NCBI GenBank assembly: GCA_045578345.1
Contig: JAZNKB010000006.1
Span: 38,911 to 102,910 of the forward strand
Direction: 5' to 3'
DNA: 64,000 nucleotides
Origin: Candidatus Onthoplasma sp.
GTDB lineage: Bacteria > Bacillota > Clostridia > Christensenellales > UBA1242
Each line of letters begins with the position of its first letter. Position 1 is the stretch's first letter. A model generated the notes under the pieces. It ran no database searches and had not been told where the DNA came from. It saw only the letters and a program-made list of their open reading frames with translations. Positions 1-8,770 of this stretch are shown one piece after another. The translations under genes and the position numbers were made by a program.

Positions 1-11
1 TTGCAATCGGT

Positions 12-434
12 ATGACTTATAAAGGTAAAGTTGATATGGGTATGGGCGAAAAGATGGAAATGACAATTAAAGTTAAAAGCGGAAGCGAAGTTGATGTAAA
101 AATTTCAATGGATGAATCTTCAATGGAAATGGAAAACATCAGATATATCGAACATGATAGACAAATTTATGTTTTGTTAGATAATGCTGGTGAAGAACTT
201 TCTGACAAAGAATACAAAGAATTGAAAGAAGAAGCAATTGAAAACTGGGACGATTTGGATGAAATGGGAGCTTTGATGGATGCTAATGCTTTCGTAATTG
301 GTGATGATGAAGATACATTGAAATGCACTGGTTCAATCATATTCGCTGTAATCGGCGGTGTTTTAGTTGCTGGTTTGGTAACTTTCGGAACACTTTCTGT
401 TCTTTACTATGTTAAAGGTAAAAAACAAGCTTAA
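12..434 (+). CDS. hypothetical protein with C-terminal transmembrane anchor (frame is open to the window edge, so the 5' end may be missing)
   Basis: ORF track. Acidic soluble part, then hydrophobic IIFAVIGGVLVAGLVTFGTLSVLYYV and a basic tail. A terminator follows. Confidence 0.5.
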   Translation: MTYKGKVDMGMGEKMEMTIKVKSGSEVDVKISMDESSMEMENIRYIEHDRQIYVLLDNAGEELSDKEYKELKEEAIENWDDLDEMGALMDANAFVIGDDEDTLKCTGSIIFAVIGGVLVAGLVTFGTLSVLYYVKGKKQA

Positions 435-472
435 TAAGTTGCAGTTCGCAACAAAACTAGTATTAGCTAGTT

Positions 473-499
473 AAAAGGCACGATATTCGTGCCTTTTTT
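473..499 (+). terminator. intrinsic terminator, possibly bidirectional
   Basis: Hairpin aaaaggcacg / cgtgcctttt followed by a T-run, with an A-run on the 5' side. Confidence 0.7.
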
Positions 500-729
500 A
501 ATTAAAAAAATCAAAATCGTTAGAAAAAGTGTCAAATGTATTAAAATTGTTAAAGTTGCAACGATATCTATTGCAACAGCGACAATTTCTTATGTCATTG
601 CATTGAGTGAATGTGCAAAGCAATTCGGGGAAAGCAGTGAATTGAGTTGATTTAACGCAATTGCAACATCCCGTACGATAAAAAAAGTGATATAACATAA
701 TTAATAACCTCATTTCATTCTATGTAGGT

Positions 730-1551
730 ATGTCAAAAATTGCTAATTTTTTTAAGAGTAAATTCCAATCTTGTGCATATGATAGTATAGAGGTATGTAT
801 GAGAGAGATTGCCCTAGCAACAAGGGTTGAAAATAAATTTATCATTAATTTTTTGCAAACGCGAATCAAATCCAGAATTGATTTTTGTAAGACAATCTTA
901 ACCAACTATTGCGACAATAACTTTTGTTATCTTTTGTTTGCTTGCGACGATGAGTTTGTGAAGATTTGTGAAGAGATTATAAGAGATGTGATAATTGACT
1001 ACATAGAATGTGTTTATAAGGTCGATTTTTTAAAGCAAATGATAAAAAATCCCATGAGAGATACTCTTGCTTTTAATGCATACGTGAAAGTTCTTGCCAT
1101 TTTTGATAAAAGCACAGACACAAATGCTTTAAAAGAAATAATTTTATTTAATCAAACGTTTTTTATCGACAGTTTTCTTGAGTTTAGATTGTCACCACTC
1201 AAAACGCATTGGAGCAATCTAGCTAATCTTAGCAGTGACAACATAACCCTTTTTAATTCGGGCACATTTGTTGATATAATCCGCTTTTTAATTAACACAA
1301 TGGATAGTGACACATATAAAGTGAAAGTGGTGTGTGATGAAGAAACTTTCAAAATTTATAATATGAAAAATAAAAATGATAGGGTGAAAAAAATTGCAGA
1401 ATGCAACAATGCTTTGGAACTTATCAGTAATGTTTTAAATTCTTGCCCTAATTATGTTGATGTATATCTAACCACAAACAATGATAACGAAGCTGTGAGT
1501 TTTTTAAGCAATGTTTTCACTAATAGGTTGAAAATCTATTCTAAACAATAG
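730..1551 (+). CDS. hypothetical protein, possibly YtxC-like (context only)
   Basis: 273-aa ORF with no motif I can name. It lies upstream of thrS, as ytxC does in Bacillus. Confidence 0.45.
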   Translation: MSKIANFFKSKFQSCAYDSIEVCMREIALATRVENKFIINFLQTRIKSRIDFCKTILTNYCDNNFCYLLFACDDEFVKICEEIIRDVIIDYIECVYKVDFLKQMIKNPMRDTLAFNAYVKVLAIFDKSTDTNALKEIILFNQTFFIDSFLEFRLSPLKTHWSNLANLSSDNITLFNSGTFVDIIRFLINTMDSDTYKVKVVCDEETFKIYNMKNKNDRVKKIAECNNALELISNVLNSCPNYVDVYLTTNNDNEAVSFLSNVFTNRLKIYSKQ

Positions 1552-1552
1552 T

Positions 1553-1586
1553 GTCATCCTGAGCGTAGTCGAAGGATCCCCTAAAT
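1553..1586 (+). repeat. family A intergenic repeat, short form
   Basis: gtcatcctgagcgtagtcgaaggatcccctaaat. Matches the copy at 43588-43621 at 33 of 34 positions. Starts 2 nt after the stop codon. Confidence 0.85.
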
Positions 1587-1600
1587 ATTAAGTCCAAAAA

Positions 1601-1629
1601 TTGACAATAATTTATCGATATACTATAAT
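1601..1629 (+). promoter_or_regulatory. sigma-A-type promoter
   Basis: TTGACA, 17-nt spacer, TATAAT. Confidence 0.6.
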
Positions 1630-1646
1630 AAACTAAGGAGGTAAAT

Positions 1647-1889
1647 ATGAGTAAAGACACACAAAAACCAAATGAAAAATTTGATATAGCAATAAAAAAA
1701 GTTGCTGAAGAAATGGTAAAAGTATTAGATTCAAAAGATATTAATGAAACTCTTTCCACGATTGTGGGCATAACTTCATCTCAACATATTTGGGAAGAAA
1801 TTGTTAAAAATTTAGAGCCAAGTCTTTTGAAGAAACTTAAAGATAAAAAGGCTAATTTAAGCAACGACCACACAAATATTTTTGAATAA
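1647..1889 (+). CDS. hypothetical small protein (80 aa)
   Basis: ORF with aaggagg SD and its own consensus promoter. Confidence 0.6.
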   Translation: MSKDTQKPNEKFDIAIKKVAEEMVKVLDSKDINETLSTIVGITSSQHIWEEIVKNLEPSLLKKLKDKKANLSNDHTNIFE

Positions 1890-1902
1890 TAAACCATAAA
1901 TA

Positions 1903-1931
1903 TTGACAAAATCGATCACTTATGATAATAT
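1903..1931 (+). promoter_or_regulatory. sigma-A-type promoter
   Basis: TTGACA, 17-nt spacer, TAATAT. Confidence 0.5.
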
Positions 1932-1952
1932 TCCAGCATATCGGAGGGATGT

Positions 1953-2258
1953 ATGGTTGAATATAATGGTTTAACAAAAGCAGAAGTTTTATGTGCTTTA
2001 TATAATAGGGCAAGGTGTGTGGATAGAAAGATTCTTTTATCAGATGATCCTAAAATGACAGTTCAACAAGCAAGAGAGCTTTTGTTAACCACAGAGTATT
2101 TTGACTATATTAATGGAAGATATATGGAAATTGACTTATCTGGTAAAAAAGGCTTCGATGAAACTCTTTATGATAAGTATAATGGTAAAGGATCAGCGCA
2201 ACTAGCGCTTGATGATGTTAAACTCGAAAAAATCAAAGCGACATATTATGATGTTTAA
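1953..2258 (+). CDS. hypothetical small protein, tandem paralogue 1 (101 aa)
   Basis: Shares GLTKAEVLCALYN, YFDYI.GR.M..DLS and LYD..NG.G.AQ.ALDD.KLEK with the next ORF. SD ggaggg. Confidence 0.7.
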   Translation: MVEYNGLTKAEVLCALYNRARCVDRKILLSDDPKMTVQQARELLLTTEYFDYINGRYMEIDLSGKKGFDETLYDKYNGKGSAQLALDDVKLEKIKATYYDV

Positions 2259-2300
2259 TTGATAAATGCGAAGAGTAACTAAAGATAAAAAGGAGAAAAT

Positions 2301-2600
2301 ATGGTTAAATATGATGGACTAACAAAAGCAGAAGTTTTATGTGCTTTATATAACAATTCAAAACCTCAAGGTTTGGGTATTTTTAATTTTCAGGCTGGTA
2401 AAATGACTTTAGAAGTTGCGGAATTGATTTTGAAAGAAAGAACATACTTTGATTATATTCAAGGCAGAGTTATGAAAGTTGATTTATCAGAAGATGATGG
2501 TTTTGAAGAATGGCTTTATGATAGAGATAATGGAGAAGGCGCTGCTCAACAAGCTTTGGACGATTACAAACTTGAAAAAAATAATGTCACTAACGTTTAA
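2301..2600 (+). CDS. hypothetical small protein, tandem paralogue 2 (99 aa)
   Basis: Paralogue of 1953-2258. SD aaaggag. Confidence 0.7.
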   Translation: MVKYDGLTKAEVLCALYNNSKPQGLGIFNFQAGKMTLEVAELILKERTYFDYIQGRVMKVDLSEDDGFEEWLYDRDNGEGAAQQALDDYKLEKNNVTNV

Positions 2601-2604
2601 TTTA

Positions 2605-2633
2605 TTGACATAATCAAAATTTGATGTTAAAAT
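2605..2633 (+). promoter_or_regulatory. sigma-A-type promoter of the T-box leader
   Basis: TTGACA, 17-nt spacer, TAAAAT. Confidence 0.55.
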
Positions 2634-2649
2634 ATAAATATCTAAATAG

Positions 2650-2869
2650 ACTACTTTTTGGACAAGTAGGTTATAAGTCCCTGTTAAGAGAGAGTGCATG
2701 TTGGCTGGAATTTGCACATCAAACTTATAAGTGAAACCACCAATTAGGTCAACGCAAGTGATATTCTTGTGAAACGAGTGAGTGCATGATTTTTGTTATG
2801 CACTAATTAGGGTGGAACCACGGTTTTAGTTTAATCGTCCCTTAGCAAACAAGCTAAGGGATTTTTTAT
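2650..2869 (+). promoter_or_regulatory. T-box leader riboswitch with Thr (ACC) specifier
   Basis: AGAGAG bulge at 2687-2694. Distal hairpin gtgca/tgcac with GGCTGGA loop. GTGAA-ACC-A specifier context at 2731-2739. T-box AATTAGGGTGGAACCACGG at 2805-2823. Terminator cccttagc/gctaaggg plus T6 at 2839-2867. Confidence 0.8.
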
Positions 2870-2877
2870 ATGCTACT

Positions 2878-2970
2878 GTCATTCTGAGTGGAGCGAAGCG
2901 GAATCGAAGAATCCCCAAAACGAAGTGACGTGTCTGATTATGGGATGTTTCGGCTTCGCTCAACATGACA
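2878..2970 (+). repeat. family A repeat, head-to-head dimer (imperfect 93-nt palindrome)
   Basis: Forward unit gtcattctgag...cgaagaatcccc. Inverted unit at 2941-2970, reverse complement gtcatgttgagcgaagccgaaacatccc. The 22 nt tctgattatgggatgtttcggc are shared with 12936-12957. Confidence 0.85.
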
Positions 2971-3000
2971 TAAAAAAACAAATGAAAGGAGGAAATCTAT

Positions 3001-3267
3001 ATGCAACATATATATAACACGCAAGGAACTTGCAGTAGGCAAATTATTATTGATGTTGATGATAATGGAATAATTGAACAAGTTACATTTGTTGGCGGTT
3101 GCAACGGTAACACCAAAGGAATCAGCAGTTTGGTTAAGGGCATGAAAATTGATGAAGTTATAACCAAACTTCAAGGAACAACCTGTGGATTCAGACCAAC
3201 CAGTTGCCCAGACCAACTTGCCACAGCACTAAAACAAATTAAGGAAAAGGGAAGTTCGTCAATTTAA
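3001..3267 (+). CDS. TSCPD-domain protein (TIGR03905-like)
   Basis: 88 aa. GTCSRQIIIDV..G.I..V.F.GGC.GNTKGIS.L..G, then TTCG.RPTSCPDQLA. SD aaaggagg. Confidence 0.8.
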   Translation: MQHIYNTQGTCSRQIIIDVDDNGIIEQVTFVGGCNGNTKGISSLVKGMKIDEVITKLQGTTCGFRPTSCPDQLATALKQIKEKGSSSI

Positions 3268-3303
3268 ACTTGCTAAACGCCTACGCTAAGTCGCAAGTTT
3301 AAA
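3263..3303 (+). repeat. family B hairpin overlapping the stop codon
   Basis: Perfect 11-bp stem tttaaacttgc/gcaagtttaaa around the loop taaacgcctacgctaagtc. No T-run. Confidence 0.75.
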
Positions 3304-3477
3304 CAAACTCACATTAATTTAAAAGCGCTACTAATTTGAGGTGAATAGAAATTCGCTAATAAATTTTAGATTATAAAAAGGAGAAAATTAAATATCAAAA
3401 CAAGTTTGATATAATTTAATCCTAAAATTTGCTTGCTTATATGCGAGCATAACACATAACAAATTTAAGGAGTATTT

Positions 3478-5253
3478 ATGGAAAAAGAAGAATTAGAAGA
3501 ATTAAACAAAAAACAAGAAATGTATCGTCACAGTATGAGCCACATCTTGGCAAAAGCTGTTAAGGAATTATATCCTAACGTAAAACTAGCAATAGGTCCT
3601 GCTATTGACAATGGTTTTTACTATGATTTTGATATGGTATCAATCACACCAGAAGATTTTGGTAAGATTGAAGACAAAATGCGTGAAATCATCAATAAAA
3701 ACGAAGATTTTGTGCGTGTTGAAGTGAGCAAGCAAGAAGCTTTGGAACTTTTCAAAGATGAGCCGTACAAAACTGAACTTATTAACGAATTGCCAGAAGG
3801 TGAGACAATTTCAGTATACAAAACAGGCGAAGATTTTATGGACTTATGCCGTGGTCCACACGTTGAAAACACAAAATATCTTCGTGGCTTTGCTTTCAAA
3901 ATCAACAGAGCAAGCGGAGCATACTGGCGCGGAAGCGAAAAGAACAAAATGCTCACAAGAGTTTACGTTTATGGTTTCTTAGATAAAAACGATCTTAAGA
4001 ATTATGTGCAACAAATGGAAGAAGCCCTAAAGCGAGACCATAATAAATTGGGTAGAGAATTAGGAATATTCACAACGGTTGACTACATTGGTCAAGGACT
4101 TCCAATTTTGCTTCCAAAGGGAGCGAGAATAGTGCAATTGTTACAACGTTTTGTTGAAGATGAAGAACAAAAACGTGGTTGGTTACTCACTAAAACACCT
4201 TTTATGGCAAAAAGTGACCTTTACAAAATTTCAGGACACTGGGATCACTATAAAGATGGAATGTTTGTTCTTGGAGATGAGAGTAAAGATAAAGAAGTTT
4301 TTGCATTGCGCCCAATGACTTGTCCTTTCCAATATCAAGCATATCTTAATGAGGCGAGATCATATAAAGATTTACCTTTGCGTTATAACGAAACTTCAAC
4401 TTTATTTAGAAATGAAGAAAGTGGTGAAATGCATGGACTTATTCGTGTTCGTCAATTCACAATTTCTGAAGGACACTTAATGTGTACGCCAGATCAACTT
4501 GAAGAAGAATTTAAAAACTGCTTGGAACTAGCAATTTTCATGCTTAAAACTCTTGGCTTATATGAGGATGCGTCTTATCGTTTTTCTCAATGGGATCCAA
4601 GTAACAGAGAAAAATATATTGGAACAAATGAACAATGGGAAGAGGCTCAAGGTATCATGAAAAACATTCTTGATAAACTTGAAATTCCATACGTTGTTGG
4701 GATTGGTGAAGCAGCTTTCTATGGACCAAAACTAGATATTCAAATCAGAAATGTTTGGGGTAAGGAAGACACTCTTATCACTATTCAAATTGACCAATTA
4801 TTAGCAGAAAAATTCGGAATGGAATATACTGATCGTGACGGAACAAAGAAAAATCCATACATCATTCATAGAACAAGTATTGGTTGTTATGAAAGAACTT
4901 TGGCGTATTTAATTGAAAAATATGCCGGCGCTTTCCCAACATGGCTTGCTCCAACTCAAGTTCAAATAATAACTGTTAGTGATAACAATAACGATTATGC
5001 AAAATCAGTTGAAGCAAAACTCTTAGCAAAAGGTGTTAGAGTTGAAGTTGATCTTTCAAATGAAAGTGTTGGGAAAAAGATAAGAAATGCTGTTCTTACT
5101 AAATCTCCATATGTTCTTGTTTTGGGTGATAAGGAAATGGCAGACGGAACTGTTGCGGTTCGTGTTCGTGGAAGCAAAGACACAGTAACAATGAATTATG
5201 CTGATTTTGAAGCAGAATTAATGGATAAAATTAACAATAAAACTTTAGGTTAA
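3478..5253 (+). CDS. thrS: threonine--tRNA ligase (short form lacking the N-terminal TGS domain)
   Basis: Editing-domain motif YRHSMSHILA near the N-terminus. Class II core (FRNEESGEMHGLIRVRQF, FYGPKLD). C-terminal anticodon-binding domain. SD aaggag. Confidence 0.96.
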   Translation: MEKEELEELNKKQEMYRHSMSHILAKAVKELYPNVKLAIGPAIDNGFYYDFDMVSITPEDFGKIEDKMREIINKNEDFVRVEVSKQEALELFKDEPYKTELINELPEGETISVYKTGEDFMDLCRGPHVENTKYLRGFAFKINRASGAYWRGSEKNKMLTRVYVYGFLDKNDLKNYVQQMEEALKRDHNKLGRELGIFTTVDYIGQGLPILLPKGARIVQLLQRFVEDEEQKRGWLLTKTPFMAKSDLYKISGHWDHYKDGMFVLGDESKDKEVFALRPMTCPFQYQAYLNEARSYKDLPLRYNETSTLFRNEESGEMHGLIRVRQFTISEGHLMCTPDQLEEEFKNCLELAIFMLKTLGLYEDASYRFSQWDPSNREKYIGTNEQWEEAQGIMKNILDKLEIPYVVGIGEAAFYGPKLDIQIRNVWGKEDTLITIQIDQLLAEKFGMEYTDRDGTKKNPYIIHRTSIGCYERTLAYLIEKYAGAFPTWLAPTQVQIITVSDNNNDYAKSVEAKLLAKGVRVEVDLSNESVGKKIRNAVLTKSPYVLVLGDKEMADGTVAVRVRGSKDTVTMNYADFEAELMDKINNKTLG

Positions 5254-5360
5254 TAATATAATATTGAGTGAGGGAGATGCTTATATAAGAAAAGTTCAAT
5301 ATAAGCTGTTCTCAATTTGATTGTTCTTTGCAAGCAAAAAAACAAATTTCGGAGGTGCTT

Positions 5361-5867
5361 ATGACCAAATTGTTTGATGAAGTTTTTAAAATGAAAAATT
5401 TGTTGCGCAGAGGATGGGTTTTAAGGAATATTCCAAACCGAACAGAAAGCGATGCAGAACATTGTTATTCAATGATAATGCTTGCGCTTGAGATTATGAG
5501 CAAAAATGATTTAAAATTAGATCAACTCAAAGTTCTTAAAATGATCGCGTATCATGAACTTGGCGAAATTGACACTGGAGATATAACTCCCGCGGATAAA
5601 GTTGATAGAAAAGAAAAATACAAACGAGAGCAAGAAGGAGTTAAGAGAATTTCTGAACAATATGAAATGCCTGAAATTCTTGAACTTTGGGAAGAATTTG
5701 AAGAGTGTAAAACCAATGAGGCGCAATTTGTTAAAAAACTCGACAAATTCGATTGTGTTTTGCAAAGTAAGGTGTATTCTGAAATATACGATAGACCTGA
5801 ACTTTTCGAAGAATTCAAATCAAACGGAAAAGATTATTATGATGATATGAAAAAATTAAAAAGATAA
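5361..5867 (+). CDS. HD-domain phosphohydrolase (YfbR-like 5'-deoxynucleotidase family)
   Basis: ESDAEHCYSM and YHELGEIDTGDITP metal-site motifs. Start moved to ATG 5361 behind the ggagg SD. Confidence 0.85.
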   Translation: MTKLFDEVFKMKNLLRRGWVLRNIPNRTESDAEHCYSMIMLALEIMSKNDLKLDQLKVLKMIAYHELGEIDTGDITPADKVDRKEKYKREQEGVKRISEQYEMPEILELWEEFEECKTNEAQFVKKLDKFDCVLQSKVYSEIYDRPELFEEFKSNGKDYYDDMKKLKR

Positions 5868-6023
5868 GGTTCAAACCTTGTCTTTTTTTGTGTTTTTATA
5901 AGTTAGACAAACAAAAATGAAAGTGTCTCATATTGTAGAGTAATGGTGCTTTTGTGAAAAAATATCAAATTTTCTTGACTAAAAATATAATTTTTATTAA
6001 ATTAATTTTAAAGGAAAATAAGC

Positions 6024-7223
6024 ATGAATATTTTTAGTAGATTTTATTGTAGGGTTCATCAAATAATTATGAGGTCTTTTGTACCGTTTTTACCATATAG
6101 AGAACCTAAAATGTTAAGTGATAATACAGATATTTTGAAAGTGTTAGAAGAAAACAACTTTGACAATGTTATGATTATAACTGATAAAGGTATTAGAGAT
6201 TTAGGTTTAACAAAAAATTTGGAAGATTTTTTAACTGAAAATGGTGTAAGTTCTCATGTGTATGATAAAACCGTTCCAAACCCTACAACAGAAAATGTTG
6301 AACAAGCAGCGAAAATATATATGGAAAAATCTTGTCAATGCTTGATCGCTTTTGGTGGTGGTTCCCCAATGGATTGCGCAAAAGGTGTTGGCGCTCGTCT
6401 TGCATGTCCAAACAAAACTTTGAATGATATGAAAGGTTTATTAAAAATAAACCATAAAATACCGCTTTTAATTGCAATTCCAACAACGGCTGGAACTGGT
6501 AGTGAAGCAACTCTTTCTGCGGTAATAACCGACAACAAAAATAATTTTAAGTATCCTATAAACGATTTCGATTTAATCCCTAATTATGCAATGCTTGATG
6601 CAAAGTTGACGCTTAGTCTTCCAAAGCAAATGACTGCAACTTCAGGGATGGATGCGTTAACTCATGCAATTGAAGCATACATTGGAAGAAGTACAACAAA
6701 ATCAACAAGAAGGAATGCTTTAACTGCAATTAAACTTATTTTTGAAAATTTACAAACAGTATATAATGATGGATCAAACCTGCAGGCGAGAAAAAGAATG
6801 CTTAAAGCGTCTTACAAAGCGGGTCTTGCTTTCACAAAATCATATGTGGGATATATTCATGCTGTTGCACATTCGCTGGGTGGTAAATATGATGTTGCTC
6901 ATGGTTTTGCAAATGCAGTAATTATGCCATATTTATTAAAAATTTATGGGAAATCTATTTACAAAAAAATGTGGAAGATTGCTAAATTTACAGGACTTTG
7001 TGATGAATCATCATCAAAAGAACAAGCAACAAAACTTGTCATTAAAAAAATTGAAGATATGAATAAATCAATGAATATTCCAAACAAAATCCCTGGAATT
7101 ATTGAAGCGGACATTGAAGAACTTGCTCGTAGTGCGGCAAAAGAGGCAAATCCATTGTATCCAGTTCCAAAACTTTTGACTGCAAAACAACTTCAAAATG
7201 TTTATTATATGATAAAGGAATAA
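6024..7223 (+). CDS. iron-containing alcohol dehydrogenase family protein
   Basis: GGGSPMDCAK, then the His-rich site DALTHAIEAY / HAVAHSLGG. Confidence 0.9.
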   Translation: MNIFSRFYCRVHQIIMRSFVPFLPYREPKMLSDNTDILKVLEENNFDNVMIITDKGIRDLGLTKNLEDFLTENGVSSHVYDKTVPNPTTENVEQAAKIYMEKSCQCLIAFGGGSPMDCAKGVGARLACPNKTLNDMKGLLKINHKIPLLIAIPTTAGTGSEATLSAVITDNKNNFKYPINDFDLIPNYAMLDAKLTLSLPKQMTATSGMDALTHAIEAYIGRSTTKSTRRNALTAIKLIFENLQTVYNDGSNLQARKRMLKASYKAGLAFTKSYVGYIHAVAHSLGGKYDVAHGFANAVIMPYLLKIYGKSIYKKMWKIAKFTGLCDESSSKEQATKLVIKKIEDMNKSMNIPNKIPGIIEADIEELARSAAKEANPLYPVPKLLTAKQLQNVYYMIKE

Positions 7224-7390
7224 CAAAAAGAATTGCAAGCTTAGTCTTTGTTGTTGAGTTTATGAATTTAATTTATTTGCTTAATGAAAATGGAAAAGAC
7301 CAATCGACATATCTAAATTATCACCCTGCAGTTCTGCTTGTATGTTCGAGATTAAAACATAAAAGTAAATAAAAAGTTTTTCAAAAACAC

Positions 7391-7419
7391 TTGACTAATA
7401 AAATATTATGTGTTAATAT
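7391..7419 (+). promoter_or_regulatory. sigma-A-type promoter of the infC operon
   Basis: TTGACT, 17-nt spacer, TAATAT. Confidence 0.55.
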
Positions 7420-7420
7420 A

Positions 7421-7550
7421 AAATCGTAAAAGTAGGAGTTCCACTTCTCACCTTGAAGCAAATGCGCGACAATGGTCTTAAAATTACGATTTTTAATACT
7501 GTAATTTTTTGGGGTGGGTTCTTTGCTTTAGAACTCATTTTTTGTTTTAG
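7421..7550 (+). promoter_or_regulatory. structured infC leader with attenuator, probable L20-leader type
   Basis: Long-range helix atcgtaa (7423-7429) / ttacgat (7484-7490). Hairpin gggttct/agaactc plus T-run at 7516-7546, just before the infC SD. The Firmicute infC-rpmI-rplT operon is known to be L20-autoregulated. Confidence 0.5.
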
Positions 7551-7558
7551 GAGGAAAT

Positions 7559-8074
7559 TTGAAAGAAACACTTAAAAATGAACAAATTGTTTTACAAGAA
7601 GTCCGTTTAATCGGTCCAAATTCAGAGCAGTTGGGTTTGATGAGCAGCGCAAAAGCTTTAAATGTTGCTCAAGATTATGATCTTGATTTGGTGTTAATTG
7701 CACCAGAAGCAAAACCGCCTGTTTGCAAGATTATGGATTACAGCAAATTTAAGTTTGACGAAATGAAAAAACTTAAAGAACAAAAGAAAAATCAAAAAGT
7801 TGCTGAAACAAAGGAAATGAGATTGTCAATGAACATTGATGACCATGACCTTGAAATCAAAGCAAAACAAGTATGCAAGTTTCTTTCCGAAGGAAGCAAA
7901 GTTAAAGTTAGCATTCGTATGAAAGGAAGAATTCAAATTCGTCCACAAATCGGAATTGATAACATGAATAAGTTTGCTGAACTTTGCGCAAGTGTTGGTC
8001 AAGTTGACAAAAAGCCAGAAATCCAAGGAAGAAACATCTTCATGTTCTTGGCACCTTTGACTAACAAAAAATAA
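7559..8074 (+). CDS. infC: translation initiation factor IF-3
   Basis: IF-3 sequence (VRLIGPNSEQLG, KPPVCKIMDYSKFKF). Non-ATG (TTG) start after aggagg. Followed by rpmI-rplT. Confidence 0.95.
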   Translation: MKETLKNEQIVLQEVRLIGPNSEQLGLMSSAKALNVAQDYDLDLVLIAPEAKPPVCKIMDYSKFKFDEMKKLKEQKKNQKVAETKEMRLSMNIDDHDLEIKAKQVCKFLSEGSKVKVSIRMKGRIQIRPQIGIDNMNKFAELCASVGQVDKKPEIQGRNIFMFLAPLTNKK

Positions 8075-8131
8075 TTCAAAGCAAGAATCTAATTTTACAA
8101 AAAATATATAACTTATTAAGGAGAAATAAAA

Positions 8132-8314
8132 ATGCCAAAAATGAAAACTAAAAAGTCTGTTGCAAAACGTTTTAGTGTTACTGGAACAGGTAAAATCAAA
8201 CGTGCACATGACGGTAAAAACCACATTTTAACAAAGAAAACAAGAAAAAGAAATTTAAAGAAAGCCGCTTATGTTTCTAAATCATATGAAAGAAACATCA
8301 AGGCTATGATGTAG
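8132..8314 (+). CDS. rpmI: 50S ribosomal protein L35
   Basis: [22 protein letters not shown]. Confidence 0.95.
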   Translation: MPKMKTKKSVAKRFSVTGTGKIKRAHDGKNHILTKKTRKRNLKKAAYVSKSYERNIKAMM

Positions 8315-8324
8315 GAGGCGACAC

Positions 8325-8681
8325 ATGAGAATTAAACGTGCTGTGAACGCTGTTAAAAAGCGTAGAGCTATCTTAAAACAAGCTAAAGGTTATGTTGGTG
8401 CAAAATCAAAACTTTATAGAGTTGCTCGTGAAGCTGTTATGAAATCAGGTCAATATGCTTATGTTGGTCGTAAGTTAAAGAAACGTGATATGAGATCTTT
8501 GTGGATCACTCGTATCAACGCTGCTTGTAGAGTGAATTCAATTAGCTATAGTCAATTCATCAACGGTTTGAATAAAGCTAATGTTGAACTTAACAGAAAA
8601 GTTTTAGCTGACATTGCTGCAACTGATGCAAATGCATTCAGTAAACTTGTTGAAACTGCAAAAAAAGCTTTGGCTAAATAA
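8325..8681 (+). CDS. rplT: 50S ribosomal protein L20
   Basis: [20 protein letters not shown]. Operon context. Confidence 0.97.
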   Translation: MRIKRAVNAVKKRRAILKQAKGYVGAKSKLYRVAREAVMKSGQYAYVGRKLKKRDMRSLWITRINAACRVNSISYSQFINGLNKANVELNRKVLADIAATDANAFSKLVETAKKALAK

Positions 8682-8685
8682 TTTT

Positions 8686-8713
8686 AAAAGAACTCAATTT
8701 TGAGTTCTTTTTT
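8686..8713 (+). terminator. intrinsic terminator after rplT
   Basis: aaaagaactca / tgagttctttt hairpin plus T-run. Confidence 0.8.
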
Positions 8714-8770
8714 GTTGTTCCTATTGACAAAAGTTTGGTTTTATGTTAAAAATAGGTTAAGGAGAATGTA

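Noticed and set aside
498-713. Minus-strand 71-aa Cys-rich ORF (9 Cys) in the spacer before the 730 gene. It ends at a bidirectional terminator. The DNA contains repeated TTGCAAC words and ATTGAGTGAAT / GTGAATTGAGT words.
   Set aside because: There is no SD or properly spaced promoter upstream of its ATG. The Cys codons come from the repeated TTGCAA words, so the repeats may instead be regulatory sites for the downstream gene. I cannot support it as a gene or RiPP precursor without expression data.
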